From Candidatus Doudnabacteria bacterium (lineage in GTDB: Bacteria > Patescibacteriota > Doudnabacteria > UBA920), in NCBI GenBank assembly GCA_016788665.1, contig JAEUSF010000007.1, positions 1 through 45,952 on the forward strand: a stretch of DNA of 45,952 bases, read 5' to 3'. The notes under the pieces are model-generated. The model had not been told where the DNA came from. It saw nothing but the letters and a program-made list of their open reading frames with translations, and made no database searches. Both the position numbers and the translations under genes were made by a program. Positions 45,855 to 45,952 of the stretch are shown piece by piece (positions within the stretch are counted from its first letter, which is position 1; each line of letters starts with the position of its first letter).

Positions 45855-45952
45855 TTATTTAACGTCTTTAAGCATAATTTTTACAAAATCACCGTCAAAT
45901 TTGTTAAGCCCGTGATGCATAGAGAGTATGTCAGAGGACTTTATGGGGCTGA
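45855..45952 (-). CDS. 3' end of a gene truncated by the window edge
   Basis: open frame ...SPIKSSDILSMHHGLNKFDGDFVKIMLKDVK*, followed by a terminator at 45808-45842. Confidence 0.55.
   Translation of the reverse strand, partial: SPIKSSDILSMHHGLNKFDGDFVKIMLKDVK

Overview
This is an AT-rich bacterial chromosomal segment (genetic code 11). The gene style suggests Patescibacteria/CPR, by inference only: short EF-Ts, mostly SD-less core genes, an orphan type IV pilin and many small orphans. Housekeeping genes: def, fmt, mltG, HU, queA, rarA, ABC-F, ahcY, rpmG (missed by the ORF track), tsf, rpsB, rpmE, prfA, prmC, rplY, plus four tRNAs (Trp-CCA, Thr-UGU, Tyr-GUA, Thr-GGU). The most notable locus is a tightly coupled five-gene minus-strand operon at 6066-12932: MIO aromatic ammonia-lyase of TAL/PAL type, PaaK-like adenylate-forming ligase, Rv1355c-like ThiF adenylyltransferase, nitroreductase-fold protein and a 7TM sensor histidine kinase. 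A receiver-only response regulator lies nearby on the opposite strand. This looks like a module that both makes and senses a hydroxycinnamate-derived small molecule. Other structure: (1) a four-copy palindrome family GATGGGAGTCTTC-NN-GAAGACTCCCATC, two copies of which lie in 61-bp direct repeats around an orphan gene; (2) duplicated tRNA 3' ends; (3) about a dozen self-contained, visibly GC-richer orphan genes and peptides with strong SD sites, terminators and in several cases their own promoter; (4) an active/inactive DEDDh nuclease pair between def and fmt; (5) a P1B-5 ATPase with a structured leader; (6) heptamer microrepeats, some inside prmC. No integrase, transposase, rRNA or CRISPR array is visible. 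All family assignments come from motif recognition, not database searches.
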